Of a stretch of DNA of 64,000 nt, positions 49,245-64,000 are shown piece by piece. Each line of letters opens with the position of its first letter. Within the stretch, counting starts at the first letter, position 1. Origin of the DNA: the human T2T-CHM13v2.0 reference genome, Homo sapiens; NCBI RefSeq assembly GCF_009914755.1, contig NC_060944.1. One strand, written 5' to 3'. A model generated the notes under the pieces. It saw only the letters and a program-made list of their open reading frames with translations, had not been told where the DNA came from and did not search any database. The position numbers and the translations under genes were made by a program.

Positions 49245-49640
49245 TTAGAAAGTCTAGGGGTGAGGCCCAGCAATGGATTCTAACAAGGGCTCCAGATAAT
49301 TGTGATACACACTAGAATTGGCCCTGGCTGCGCATTGGAATTATCCAAGGAACTCTTAAAGCTACCGCTAGATAGACGTCAGAATGGTGGTTACCCCTGC
49401 AGGCTGCACTGGAGTATAGACCCTGAAGTAGTGTGACCAACTTGTGGTTTGCTTGGGAGTTTCTTGGTTTTAGTACTGAAAGTCCTCTGTCCTGGAAAAT
49501 CCCCTCAATCCTGGGCAAATTAGGATGGTTTGTCACCTTACCTTGATGGAGCAAGAGGGAATTTTCTGGGGTGTTGAAAATGTTCTATCCCATCATCTGG
49601 GTGGTGGTTGCATGTGTGTACGCATGTGTAAAAAATATCA

Positions 49641-49955
<315 letters not shown>

Positions 49956-51230
49956 TCAAGCTATCCGTTTAAAGTTTGTGCACCTTACACATGCTACTAA
50001 GTGTACATCACAACTTAAAAAAATACTGATGTCCAGGTTGTATTCCAGATTGATTAAGTCAAAATCTCTAGGAGAAGATCCCAGGCATTGGTATCATGGA
50101 ATACTCTCCAGACGTTTCTCACGTTCAGCCAGATTTGTGAATGAACACGATCAAATCTCCAGGGAGTTAAAGTGAAGGTTCTGATTCAGCGGGTCTGGGT
50201 GGGCCTGAAATTGTGCATTTCCACCACACTCCCAGGGGATGCTGATGCTGGACCATGCTCTAGGGAGCGAGGGCCAGGCCTGGTTAACGTTTACCTTCTG
50301 GGGCAGGCAGAGGGGTGCTCCCCTGAAACATCTTGGTGGTCTTAGTGAGGAAGGAAGAAAGTGGGGCTCATTGGAGACTAGCTGTGGGGTAGGCAACTCC
50401 CGTGGCATTCAAAGAATTAAAGGTTAGGGTGAGGTTAGAAGCTTACACCTGGGCAACCATACAAATGCAAAAGCTCAGACATCTGTTCCCAACTCCCTGA
50501 TGTGCCAGGAGGGCCATGTTTGCCTAGGTTTTGGCTCTACTTCCTAGCCAGAGTCAGGCCTGAATACCCAGCGTGGGCTTAGTTTGCTTCTCCTGAGGTT
50601 ACTCAGGAACCTGTCTTTCTGGAGAAGCCAGTGCCATGTCCAGAGGTGCCCTCCTCTGCGCTGCAGACACCACGGAGACTGATAACAGGGCTGCCAGCTG
50701 GTTTAATTACCCAGATGGGAAGCTGGCAGGTGGAGTCTAACCTTGACAGAGATTAATGGCTCCATTATCTTCCTAGGCTATCATCCCGTGCGGGCCCCAG
50801 TCCGGAATGTAGACATAAGGTGTAAATAAAGTCCTTGTTCTGAGGGAGGACATTTTTCATTGTCTTCAGATGGGAATTTGCCCCCAGAAACCCTTGACTC
50901 AAATTCGGGAAGTATCTTTTTTTGGCAGAATAACCTGGTCGTTTGTGGGCATGTGACAGGTCTCCTAAAGGCTGGGCCAAGGCTTGCTGGCAAAACCAAT
51001 GTTACTTGTTTCCTTAAACTCATTAAGAAATACGTGCCTGTTGTAAACAACTTAAAGTGACAGCTCTTGTCTCCTTTCCCACTCTTTGAAGGTAACTATT
51101 ATACTTAACTCTTTGGCGTATAGTCTTCCAAATATATTTCTTTTTCTGTTTGTTTTCTTCTCCAGATAAAGTTTCCCCCCAAATTTTATTGGGGCATAAT
51201 TATAGTACATTTATTTATTTATTTATTTGA

Positions 51231-51536
<306 letters not shown>

Positions 51537-52149
51537 TGATTGGTCTTTAAAATTATTTTATTATTTGCAGAGATAATAAATCTTCCTTAATAAATAAAAC
51601 AATCTTCCTTCCTCACTTTGTTGCCTAGGGCTGGTCTGGAACTCCTGGGCTCAAGTAGTCCTCCTGCCTTGGCCTCCCAAGGTGTTGGGATTACAGACAT
51701 GAACCTCCAAGCCCAGCCCCAATTTGATTACTCTTTTTTTTTTTTTTTGAGATGGAGTCCCACTCTGTCGCCCAGGCTGGAGTGTGGTGGCATGATCTTG
51801 GCTCACTGCAAGCTCTGCCTTCCCGGTTCACGCCATTCTCCTGCCTCAGCCTCCTGAGTAGCTGGGACTACAGGTGCCCACCACGCCCGGCTACATTTTT
51901 TTTTTTTTTAATATTTTTAGTAGAGACGGGGTTTCACCGTGTTAGCCAAGAGGGTTTCGATCTCCTGACCTCGTGATCCGCCTGCCTTGGCCTCTCAAAG
52001 TGCTGGGGTTGAGCCACTGCGCCCGGCCTATTATTATTATTTTTTGAGATGGAGTCTTGCTCTGTCGCCCAGGCTGGAGTGCAGTGGCGCGATGTTGGCT
52101 CACTGCAAACTCCACCTCCCTGGTTCACGCCACTCTCCTGATTACTCTT

Positions 52150-52975
52150 GACATAGACCCATTAAACCATCTCTCCAACTAGGATAGAGCACATGTCCCT
52201 CACCCCCAAAAGTTTCCATGTGTCCCTTTGTGATTCCTTCCTACCTGCATCCCCTCCACTACTGAACAACAACTGTCACTATAAATTAGTTTGCATTTTC
52301 TAGGTTTTATGGAAATGGAATTATGCAGCATATGTATATGCTTTTGCCTGGCTTCTTTCACTCAACATAATGATTTTGAGATTCATCTATGTTGTAGAAA
52401 TCAACAATATGTTGCTTTTAATTGCTGAGTATATCCCATGGTATGGATATATCACAATTTGTCTATCCATTCATCTGTGGATGGACTTTTTAAGTTGCTT
52501 CTAATTTATGGTGATTACAAATAAAGCTGCTCTGAACATTTGTGTACAAATCTTTGTGTGAACAGATATTTTAGCTTCTCTTAGGCAGATACCTAGGAGT
52601 GGAAAGACTGAGTCATGTCACATGGTAGGTACATTTAACTTTTCAAGAAACTACCGAACTGTTTTCCAAAGTGGTTTATCTCATTTTGTGTTCTCACCAG
52701 CCCTGGGTGAGAGTTTTATGCGCTCCACATCCTCACCAACCCTGTGATGATCAGTCTTTCTAATATTTGCCATTCTAATGAGTGTGAAGCGGTATCTCAT
52801 TATGATTTTAACATGCATTTCCCTAATGTCTAACGCTATTGAGTATCTTTTTATGTGCTTATTGGCCATTTGCATGTATTATTTTGTGAAGTGTCTGTTG
52901 AAAATTTTGTTGCTCTTTCTTTTATTGGGCTGTTTTCTTATTGTTGAGTAATAAGGGTTCTTTATATATGTTAAA
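52150..52975 (-). mobile_element. Old L1M-type fragment
   Basis: Reverse L1 ORF2-end/3' motifs (ctccacatcctcaccaac; gtatctcattatgattttaacatgcatttccctaatg). Confidence 0.7.
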
Positions 52976-54007
52976 TGTCTAAAATGCTACATTTTAATAT
53001 AGTGGTGTCCTCAAAGTGGGAGTGATGAATTTTATCTAATTTTGTCATGGTCAGGGGAGGAGTTGTGCTCTGGAAGCCCATCCATGGGGAAGGTGAGGTT
53101 CAAACTCTAAGATAAAAACTCTAGATAAAATTTTAAGTCCTGCTGTGGATGGCTGTTGTTTCTTTCTGCCCAGCATTTACACCTTTTCTGATAACAACTC
53201 ACCCCAATGTTTTCAAGGGAGAATTATTCTTCCACCATTTTTAGTACCTGCGGTTTGGGTGAAGCTGACCCTAAACCCTGGCTCCTGGGGAGGGGTATGA
53301 CCTTGGCCTGGCCAATCAGCATTTTCATCTTCCTGGCTCTGTAATGTGCATGTAACTCAGATGGATCCAATGGGATTCAACTTTAGGACTTTTGCTGGAG
53401 TGACTCTTTGTATTGGTCTCAGCTTCCTCCTCAGCCACCTCCTTCCTCAGCCACCTCCTCAGAGAAGCCCTCCCTGACTTGCAGAAGAGATGAGGCATCT
53501 CTGATGTGCTCAGTTAGCTCGCTGATCTTTCATGCACAGCACTTATCACAGCTATTAACTAAATATTTGTATGATTATCTGTGTAATAAATTTCTGCCCT
53601 CCAGACTGCAAGCTCCATGAAACTGGGGCTGCATCTCTTTTGTTCACTCTTGAGTCCCCAGCATTGGTATAGCCTATCCGTATATTTTGAATGTGAAGAT
53701 GACAGGATTTGCTGAGGAATTGGATGCATGCTGGATGTGGGAGAAATAGAAACTTGAGACTTAATAAATACTTGTTGAGTGAATGTAGGAAGCTACATTT
53801 GTGCATGAGAAAACTGAGGTCCAGAGAGGTGAAATGACTCTCCCCAAATCGCACAGGAAGTCAGGAGCAGAGCTGGAATGTGAATTCGGGGCTGTCCAAC
53901 TTCAGAGCTTGTGCTCTTCCTCAGCACCCTAAATGACTCCTTGCAAACTGAACATAATTTTCCACAACAAACACTGCTTAGGCATGGCAGATACCTCTGA
54001 AATAAAC

Positions 54008-54565
54008 TGTGTTATTTATCTATTGCTTCATAACAAATTACTTCCCAACCTTGGTGGCTTGAAACAACATTTATTAACTCATGATTTCTGTAGGTTGGGA
54101 TCCAGGTGTGGCTTAGTTAGGTCCTCTGCTTTGGGGCCTCTCATAGGCCACAGTCCAGGTGTTGGCTGGGGCTGCATTCTCATCTTAAGGCTTGACTGGG
54201 GAAGGATCTGCTTAGGGAAGGATTTGCTTCCAAGCTCTCTCTCTTTTTTGTTGGAGGGATTCAGTTCTGAGGGTTCTTGGTTGAGGTCCATTCCTTGCCA
54301 CATGGGCCTGTCCCTTGGGCAGCTCACAGCATGGCACCTGGTTTTATCAAAGGAGTGAGTGAGTGGGAAAAAGTGAGCAGAAAGGAAGTCATGGTATCTT
54401 GTAGCCTCATCATGGAAGTGACATCCCATCATGTTTGCCTTGTTCTATTCATTGGAAGTGAGTCACTAAGTCCAGCCCACACTTCAGGGAAGGAAATTAC
54501 ATAAGTGAAAACAAGTTTGTGAATGCCCAGGTCAGTGGGAGTCATCTGAGAAGCCTGCCTACCAC
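54008..54565. mobile_element. MLT1-type (MaLR) LTR
   Basis: Typical ends ataacaaattacttcccaaccttggtggcttgaaacaac ... gcctgcctaccac. Confidence 0.6.
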
Positions 54566-57368
54566 TTAAACTAAGTCTCTTTCTCATGTAGCTTAACTTC
54601 TGGTCAGGGGAAGTGTACAAAAAGCAAACAAATAAATAAAAATATAACACATCAGATGATGCTAAAATGCTTGCAGAAAATCATGTGGAGGAGGTTATGG
54701 AGGGCTGGGTGCAGGAGGAGACTAAGCATTCTTACTTTATATCAGGTGGTCCGCAGAGACCTGGGTGAGAGGGAGACATCTGAATAGAGAGCTGAAGGAA
54801 ATGAAACAACAAGCCAAAAGGATACGGGAAAGAGCATTCCAGCAGCAAGAACAGCAGGAGCAAAGGCCCCGCATCACAAACCTTCCTGAAGTGTTCTAAG
54901 AACAGCGAAGGTCAGTGTGACTCCAGTGATGATGGCAAGAGAGAGAGTACCAAGTCATGGGGTTAGAGAGATAACAGGGCGGCCGGGCATGGTGGCTCAC
55001 ACCTGTAATCCCACCACTTTGGGAGGCTGAGGTCAGGAGTTTGAGACCAGCCTGGCCAACATGGTGAAACCTGGTCTCTACTAAAAATACAAAAATTAGC
55101 CGGGTGTGGTGGCGGGTGCCTGTAGTCCCAGCTACTCGGGAGGCTGAGGCACGAGAATTGCTTGAACCCAAAAGGCGGAGATTACATTGGGTTGAGATCT
55201 CGCCACTACACTCCAGCCTGGGTGACACAGAGAGACTCTGTCTCAAAAAAAAAAAAAAAAAAAAAAAGCGATAACAGGGCGTCGGGTCATGTAGGCCCTT
55301 GTAGGGCCACTGAGTGAGATGATGAGAAAACATTAGAAGTTTCTGAGCAGAGAAGGGATGTGATCTGACTTAAATTTAATAGAGTCCCTGGCTGCTGGTT
55401 GGAGGACAGACCTTGGGAGACAAAGGTGGAAGAAAACAAATTATGAGGTTTTTTTTTACCTGGTTCAAGTGAGCCATGATGGATATTTGAAGAATTTGCT
55501 AAGGGTGACAACACAGAGGAATCCAGGCCAACTACAAGATATTCGGCCTGAGCAACTGGAAAGATAGAGCTGCTAGTAACTGATTTGGGGAAACTTTGTA
55601 AGGTGAACATTGACTGGGAGCAAAGGATGAAAGGCCCCTTTATTTTATTTTATTTTATTTTATTTTATTTGTATGTGTGTGTGTATGTGTGTTATTTGTT
55701 TTGTTTTGTTTTGTTTTTTTGAGACAGGGTCTTTCTCTGTCACTCAGGCTGGAGTGTGGTGGCGCAATCATGGTTCACTGCAGCCTTGACCTCCCAGGCT
55801 CAAGAGATCCACCTACCTTAGCCTCCTGAGTAGTTGGGACTATAGATGCATGCCACCACACCTGGTTAATTTTTTAATTTTTTTGTAGAGGCAGGATCTC
55901 CCTATGTTGCTCAGGCAGGTCCCAAACTCTTGGCTTGAAGTGATCCTCCCATTTTGGCCTCCCAAAGTGCTGGAATCCCAGGCGTGAGCCACCACACCCG
56001 GCTGAAAGGTGGCTTTGGCGCTGCTAACATCAAGGTCCCTGTGAGACATCCGAGCAGAGATGCCAAGTTGGCAGTTGGAGACTAGAGTCTAGACTTCACG
56101 GGAGAGGTCCAGGCTGGGGATGTAAACTCAGAAGTTGTCAGTTTATTAGTGTTTAGAGCCATGAGTCTGGATGAGATGGGAGAGAGAGAAGAGGCCCAAG
56201 CCTGAGCTTTGGGCACTTGATTAATTCAAAGCCACAAGATGAGGAAGAACCACCTGAAAAGACTAAGAAGTTGTGGACAGTGAGGTAGGAAGAGAACTAA
56301 GAGAAGAAAGTGCTGAATGACAAGCAGCATCATGGTAGCTGGCCATGGGAAATGGCCCGCCAAAAACTGCACACTGCGGTTCACACTCTTGCTCGGCCCC
56401 AGCCACTTTCCTCTGGGCTGTCACCATAGAACTAACAAAAAGCAGCAGAAGTGGCAGCCTGCCTTCTGAGGCCAGGTCACAGGAAATCTTGCAGCTTCTA
56501 CCTTAGTGTTTTTGAATGCTGCTCTGGGATAAGCCAGTTGCCATCAAAGAAGTTTGACTACTCTGAGCCACCACGATGTGAGGAAGCCCAAGCTAAGCAT
56601 GTGGGAAGCCCAGGATGGAGGGAAAAGATGGCCAACAAGGGCCATGGTTGTTCCAGCCATCTCAGCTGAGGCACCAGCCACAGGAGTGAAGAATTTGTTT
56701 TAGACATCCAGTCCAATCAAACCTTGCCATGACTTTGGCTACAGCTGCACCAGCATGAGAAACCCTGAGGGAGAAACCCACAGGACTAGGAGAGACAGTG
56801 ACACACTGTCATTTTAAGGCTCTATATTCTGGGATGGCTCATTCTACAGTGGATAATGGAGACAGGAGTTCATTGCAAAGGGAGACTGACCAGTCCCCTG
56901 CCCGCAACAGAGCACAGCCCTCTTCACCCAGACCCATGGAGAGGTGGCTGAGCAGACCTCAGCTGGGCAGCCCTCCACACTCTGAAGGCTCCCCCTTTCC
57001 TGCCTTAGTGGCAAGAATAATAATTTTCTCTTTGTGCCCAGAGAGCTGGCAACTGCCAAGTGCCCTGCTGTCCCCAGGGCCCTTACAAAAGGACTGCAGG
57101 GGAGGTTTTTCTGAGAACTGGGTCACCGGTTACTTAGATGCTTCAAACCTGGCAGAACAGAGAAACATCAGATAAAGGAGACTGGGAACTTCATAGGAAG
57201 CTGCTGGTCCTTGTCATGGGGACACACCATGACAAGCCACCAGAGAGTGGCTGCCTGCCCTCTCTGGACCCTTATGTCATAGGGACCTCCTCTCTTCTAG
57301 AGAGCTCTCTCTTTCTTTGTAAATGTTTGTAAATCTTTCTTTGTAAACATTTTGGAAAGTATGCATTA

Positions 57369-57941
<573 letters not shown>

Positions 57942-58173
57942 TCAGTTCCCCAGAGGCAATTGCTTAACATTTCTTTCACATTTATTGGAATAGGTAACAC
58001 AAGGCGTGTGCTAAAAATTTCAAAAGGTACAAAAAAGGTAAAGAGATTAAGTCTCCCTCCTTCCTTCTCCCCACCCAGCTCCTCTCCCTAAAGACAACCA
58101 CTTCTACCAGTGTATTACATCTCCTTCCAGAGATATGCTATGCATATGTCAGCATATAATATAAACAGCCTTA

Positions 58174-58570
<397 letters not shown>

Positions 58571-59464
58571 TCAGTAGGTAAATAACTGCTTTATTATTTT
58601 AGGGGACTGCACAATATTCCACTGTAGGGATGGACCGTAATTCATGTAACCAGCCCCTACTGAGGGACACTGAGGTTGATGCCAACCTTTTGATATTACA
58701 GTGAAACAGCAAATAATCTTGTACTCATGTTTTCTTGCACATGTATGCCTCTCTCAGTAAAGATTCCTGAATCAAAAGACGTGTGCTTTTGTCATTTTTT
58801 AAAATTTTTATTTATTCATTTATTTTTGAGACAGGGTCTCGCTCTGTCACCCAGGCTGGATTGCAGTGGCACGATCATGGCTCACTGTAGCTTGACTTCC
58901 CGGGCTGAAGTGATCCTCCTGTCTCAGCCTCCTGAGTAGCTGGGACCACAGGTGTGTGCCCCCATGCCTGGCTAATATTTAAATTTTATTTTTAGTAGAG
59001 ACAGGGTCTTCCTATGTTGCCCAGGCTGGTCTCAAACGTCTGGGCTCAAGCAATCCTCCCGCCTCAGCCTCCCAAAATACTGGAATCCCAGTATTATAGG
59101 CTGTGCTTTTGTACTTTTAATAGGTATTGACAAAATGAGACTGTATTGATGTTCTTGTTTGCAGACTTCATACTTAAGTGCCCCTTTCCCTACACCTTCC
59201 CCAATTCTATTCAAATAAAAATCAACATCTTTAATCTGTGCTGTAGAATTGGTAAGAAATGTATCTCTGCACTTTTACATTTGAAATATATTGTTAGAAG
59301 GTTGAGCATCTTCATATGCTTAATTGTCATGGCAACCACTTCTAGCCTGTGTAGCGATTTCTTCTAGTTGTTTATTTCCATAGAGCTAAATAATGTTTGA
59401 ATGTAGCCATTCATTGATTTATCAGCTTTAGGTGTTATCTATTGATTTTTGCTCCAATACATGA

Positions 59465-61360
<1,896 letters not shown>

Positions 61361-61884
61361 TGATGTGGCATTTAAAAAAATAAAATTACTTTAAGTTTAA
61401 AAAGCAAGTCCATTTAAAGAGAAACACCCAGGAAATAATAGCCAAGGTGGTAGAATATGGTGAAAAAATGAAAGGGCACCCAAGAGCCTCAGGTTTGGGC
61501 AATACTGATGACACATAGAGCCTGGTTCCCTGGCAATTATTATGGCGGTTACTACTATTTTAATAATATTAGCAGTTACGGTTGGTATTTTTGCTATTAC
61601 AATTAATGGCATAGGGGCTGTATCGCCCCTGTCTTCCTGGAACCTGGAGGCAATGAGGAGCTCTGCAAAGTTGTTGAGATTATTATGACCATATCTGGGT
61701 ATTTCACCACTACAAAGAGCTGCGCAAAGTTTGGACGGTAGGAATCGGGGTGGACATCAGCTCGGTGACAGGTAGGAGGTGGGTCCGAGGAGGGGTCGGG
61801 TCTGGGAGCCTCCGCCCCCAACTCAAGGCAGGCTACACAAGATCTGTCTCCGTTGGCGTCCCGGTACCTAGCTTGAGCCCGACC

Positions 61885-62128
61885 ATGGGCATGCGTGGCG
61901 TGGCGCGAATCCTGTCCCTGTCGCTCGTCCTGGCCGCGGTGGCCACGGGGGCCTGGGAGCGGGGGCCGCTGGGCGTGCTCTTGCCCTGGCAGGGCTCCGC
62001 CGCGCTGGGCCGCTGCTGTCCTGGCCGTGACCCGATGTTTGTCGCCCGCGGGCCCCCGCGCTGCTTCTGCGACCAAGCGTGCGGCGCGGCGCGGGACTGC
62101 TGCGCAGACTATACGCGGGTCTGCCCAG
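61885..62128 (+). CDS. Putative first coding exon of an SBSPON-like gene or pseudogene (signal peptide plus somatomedin-B domain)
   Basis: accATGG Kozak. MGMRGVARILSLSLVLAAVATG signal-like peptide, then GRCCPGRDP...CFCDQACGAARDCCADYTRVCP, which fits the SMB pattern CxCDxxCxxxxxCCxDYxxxC. Phase-1 donor CCAG|GTGCAC directly follows the domain. Confidence 0.7.
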
Positions 62129-62702
62129 GTGCACCCGGGGAAAGGCAAGGCACTAGCGGAACGCTCGGAGCGGAGGGGAGCTGGGGCGGGGGATGAGCGG
62201 AGGAAGGGAGCCCAGCACCTAGGGGGCTCTGGGCTTGGAGGGGTCACACGAGCCGAGGGCGGGGCGCGGCGCTTGGGGACTGGAAGGGTGCGCCGCGGGG
62301 CAGACGGGACGTGCAGGGGGTCGCGCGGGCAAGGAGGGACGCAGACACTCAGGACCTAAAGGGGAAGCACTGGCTGTGGAGCTGCGAGCCGAGAAAGACG
62401 CGCAGGTTATGAACCTGGGTGCGTTCATCTCGGGGGACCTGAAGGAGAGGGACTCGTGGAGAGTTGAGGGGTGTTTCGGAGGAGGGGCGCAAGGACTGCT
62501 CACAGGACTTGAAGGGCGGCAGGAAGGTGGAGGATTCGGCCCAGGTGCGGGACGCAGGCGGTGGAAGGGAAATGAGCACAAGAGGCGCAGGCAGGAAGGA
62601 GAGCGCCTGGTGCGAGAGAGGAAGGAGCGCACCCGGTAAGCGGTGTCGGGGGGGTCGTGAAGCTTGGAGGGCTTCGAGGGGAGGGAGGCGCTTGGGTTGA
62701 GG

Positions 62703-62881
62703 TAGGGCGCCAGATTTCGCAAATCAAAATACAGCACACCCAGTTAAACTCGAATTTCAGATAAACAAATCTTTCTAGAGAAAAATATGTCCTAAATATC
62801 GCATGGGATATACTTATACTAAAAAATTATTTGTTGTTTTTCTGAAATTGAAATCTAACTCGGAGTCCTGTATTTTATCTG
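62703..62881. mobile_element. MER53-like palindromic DNA-transposon relic
   Basis: gccagat...aaaatacag...cccagttaaactcgaatttcagataaacaa, mirrored by ttgttgtttttctgaaattgaaatctaact...cctgtattttatctg. Confidence 0.65.
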
Positions 62882-63279
62882 AGAGCCCCAGCTGGGGACG
62901 GGCGCGGGGCCAAGAGAGCTGCGAGGGAGGAGGGGTTGCAAGCTTCTTTCGGGCGGAGGGGTCACAAGGCGAATGGAGAAGGTGACAAGGAGCATGGAGA
63001 AACCAAGAAAAGGGCTAACGCTTGGAGAGCAAGGATGGAAAGACGCTCAAAGCGGAGGCGGAACGGTCTGAGTGATTCCAAAACTAGTGTGTCCAAGCTG
63101 GTTAGAACTCAGGCAGGCGGGTCCAGAAGCCGAGGGGCCTGACAGATACGCAGGTGAAGTCCATCTGTGGTCCGCGTGCTGGGCGTGGCCACCGGGCTAG
63201 TCCAAGCATTCCTGGTAAAGGCTCCTCCAGAGTGGTACCCACAGCGCTCTATTAAGGGCTATTTTAGTTGAGTCATTAG

Positions 63280-63504
<225 letters not shown>

Positions 63505-64000
63505 TAAAGTTTTCACACCCACTGGAGACAAAAAAAAATCTAAATTCTGTCACCCTGTAAAACGGTTATGACCCAACTTTCCTATGTCAGGGAGGAAAGT
63601 GATTGATTGGGCCCCTCTACCGTGTGATATCACTAGAGCTTCCTTCAGAAATTTGTTTTAAAAGACAGAGAGGGCGCTTTTAAAAAAATGCATAATGGGT
63701 CGGGCACAGTGGCTCATGCTTGTAATCCCAACACTTGGGGAGGCTGTGGGAGGATCATTTGAGGCCAGGAGTTCGAGACCAGCCTGGGCAATATTGGAAG
63801 ACCCAGTCTCTACAAAAAATTAAAAAAAAATTAGCCTCAAATGGTGATGACTGCCTGTAGCACCAGCTACTCAGGAGACTGAGGTGGGAGAATCACTTGA
63901 GCCCAGGAGGTTGAGCCTGCAGTGAGCTATGATTATGCCACTGCACTCCAGCCTGGGTGACAGAGCGAGATCATGTCTCAAAAATAAATAAATAAATAAA

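Larger units (their letters stand above)
61700..63200. promoter_or_regulatory. Isolated CpG island
   Basis: Abrupt rise in GC and CpG within otherwise CpG-depleted, repeat-rich DNA. Interrupted by a MER53-like element. Confidence 0.8.

Noticed and set aside
61603-62739. Long antisense and alternate-frame ORFs over the distal CpG island (214, 172, 154 aa)
   Set aside because: GC-rich shadows of the island. Only the frame starting at 61885 has Kozak context, a signal peptide and a domain pattern.
63154-63200. In-phase GEVHLWSACWAW as a possible TSP1 exon 2 of the SBSPON-like gene
   Set aside because: No polypyrimidine tract, poor match to the C-x-V-x-x-W-S-x-W-S-x-C pattern, and a stop after 15 codons.

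Overview
Alu-dense primate (almost certainly human, 20q13.13) genomic DNA, not microbial. The minus strand carries the 5' half of ZNFX1: non-coding exon 1 at a CpG island, then coding exons 2-8, all with GT-AG boundaries and consistent phase. The gene runs off the left edge. ZNFX1 shares a bidirectional CpG-island promoter with the lncRNA ZFAS1 (+), whose introns host three paralogous box C/D snoRNAs (SNORD12C, SNORD12B, SNORD12). ZFAS1 intron 4 contains a decayed two-LTR HERV-IP/LTR10-type provirus on the minus strand (5-bp TSD, Pro-tRNA PBS). A solo MER11 LTR with a 6-bp TSD lies downstream, followed by about 25 kb of Alu, L1, L2, MIR, MLT and DNA-transposon relics. Two observations stand out. 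(1) An isolated CpG island near 61.9 kb holds an apparent first coding exon: strong Kozak ATG, signal peptide, somatomedin-B domain and phase-1 donor. It resembles SBSPON but two cysteines are mutated, so it is a candidate unannotated SBSPON paralog or decaying gene. (2) All three SNORD12 paralogs share a second element (GCCAGTT) complementary to the A2451-equivalent strand of the 28S peptidyl-transferase loop, opposite their known guide target. Gene, repeat-family and rRNA identifications come from recalled sequences, not database searches.
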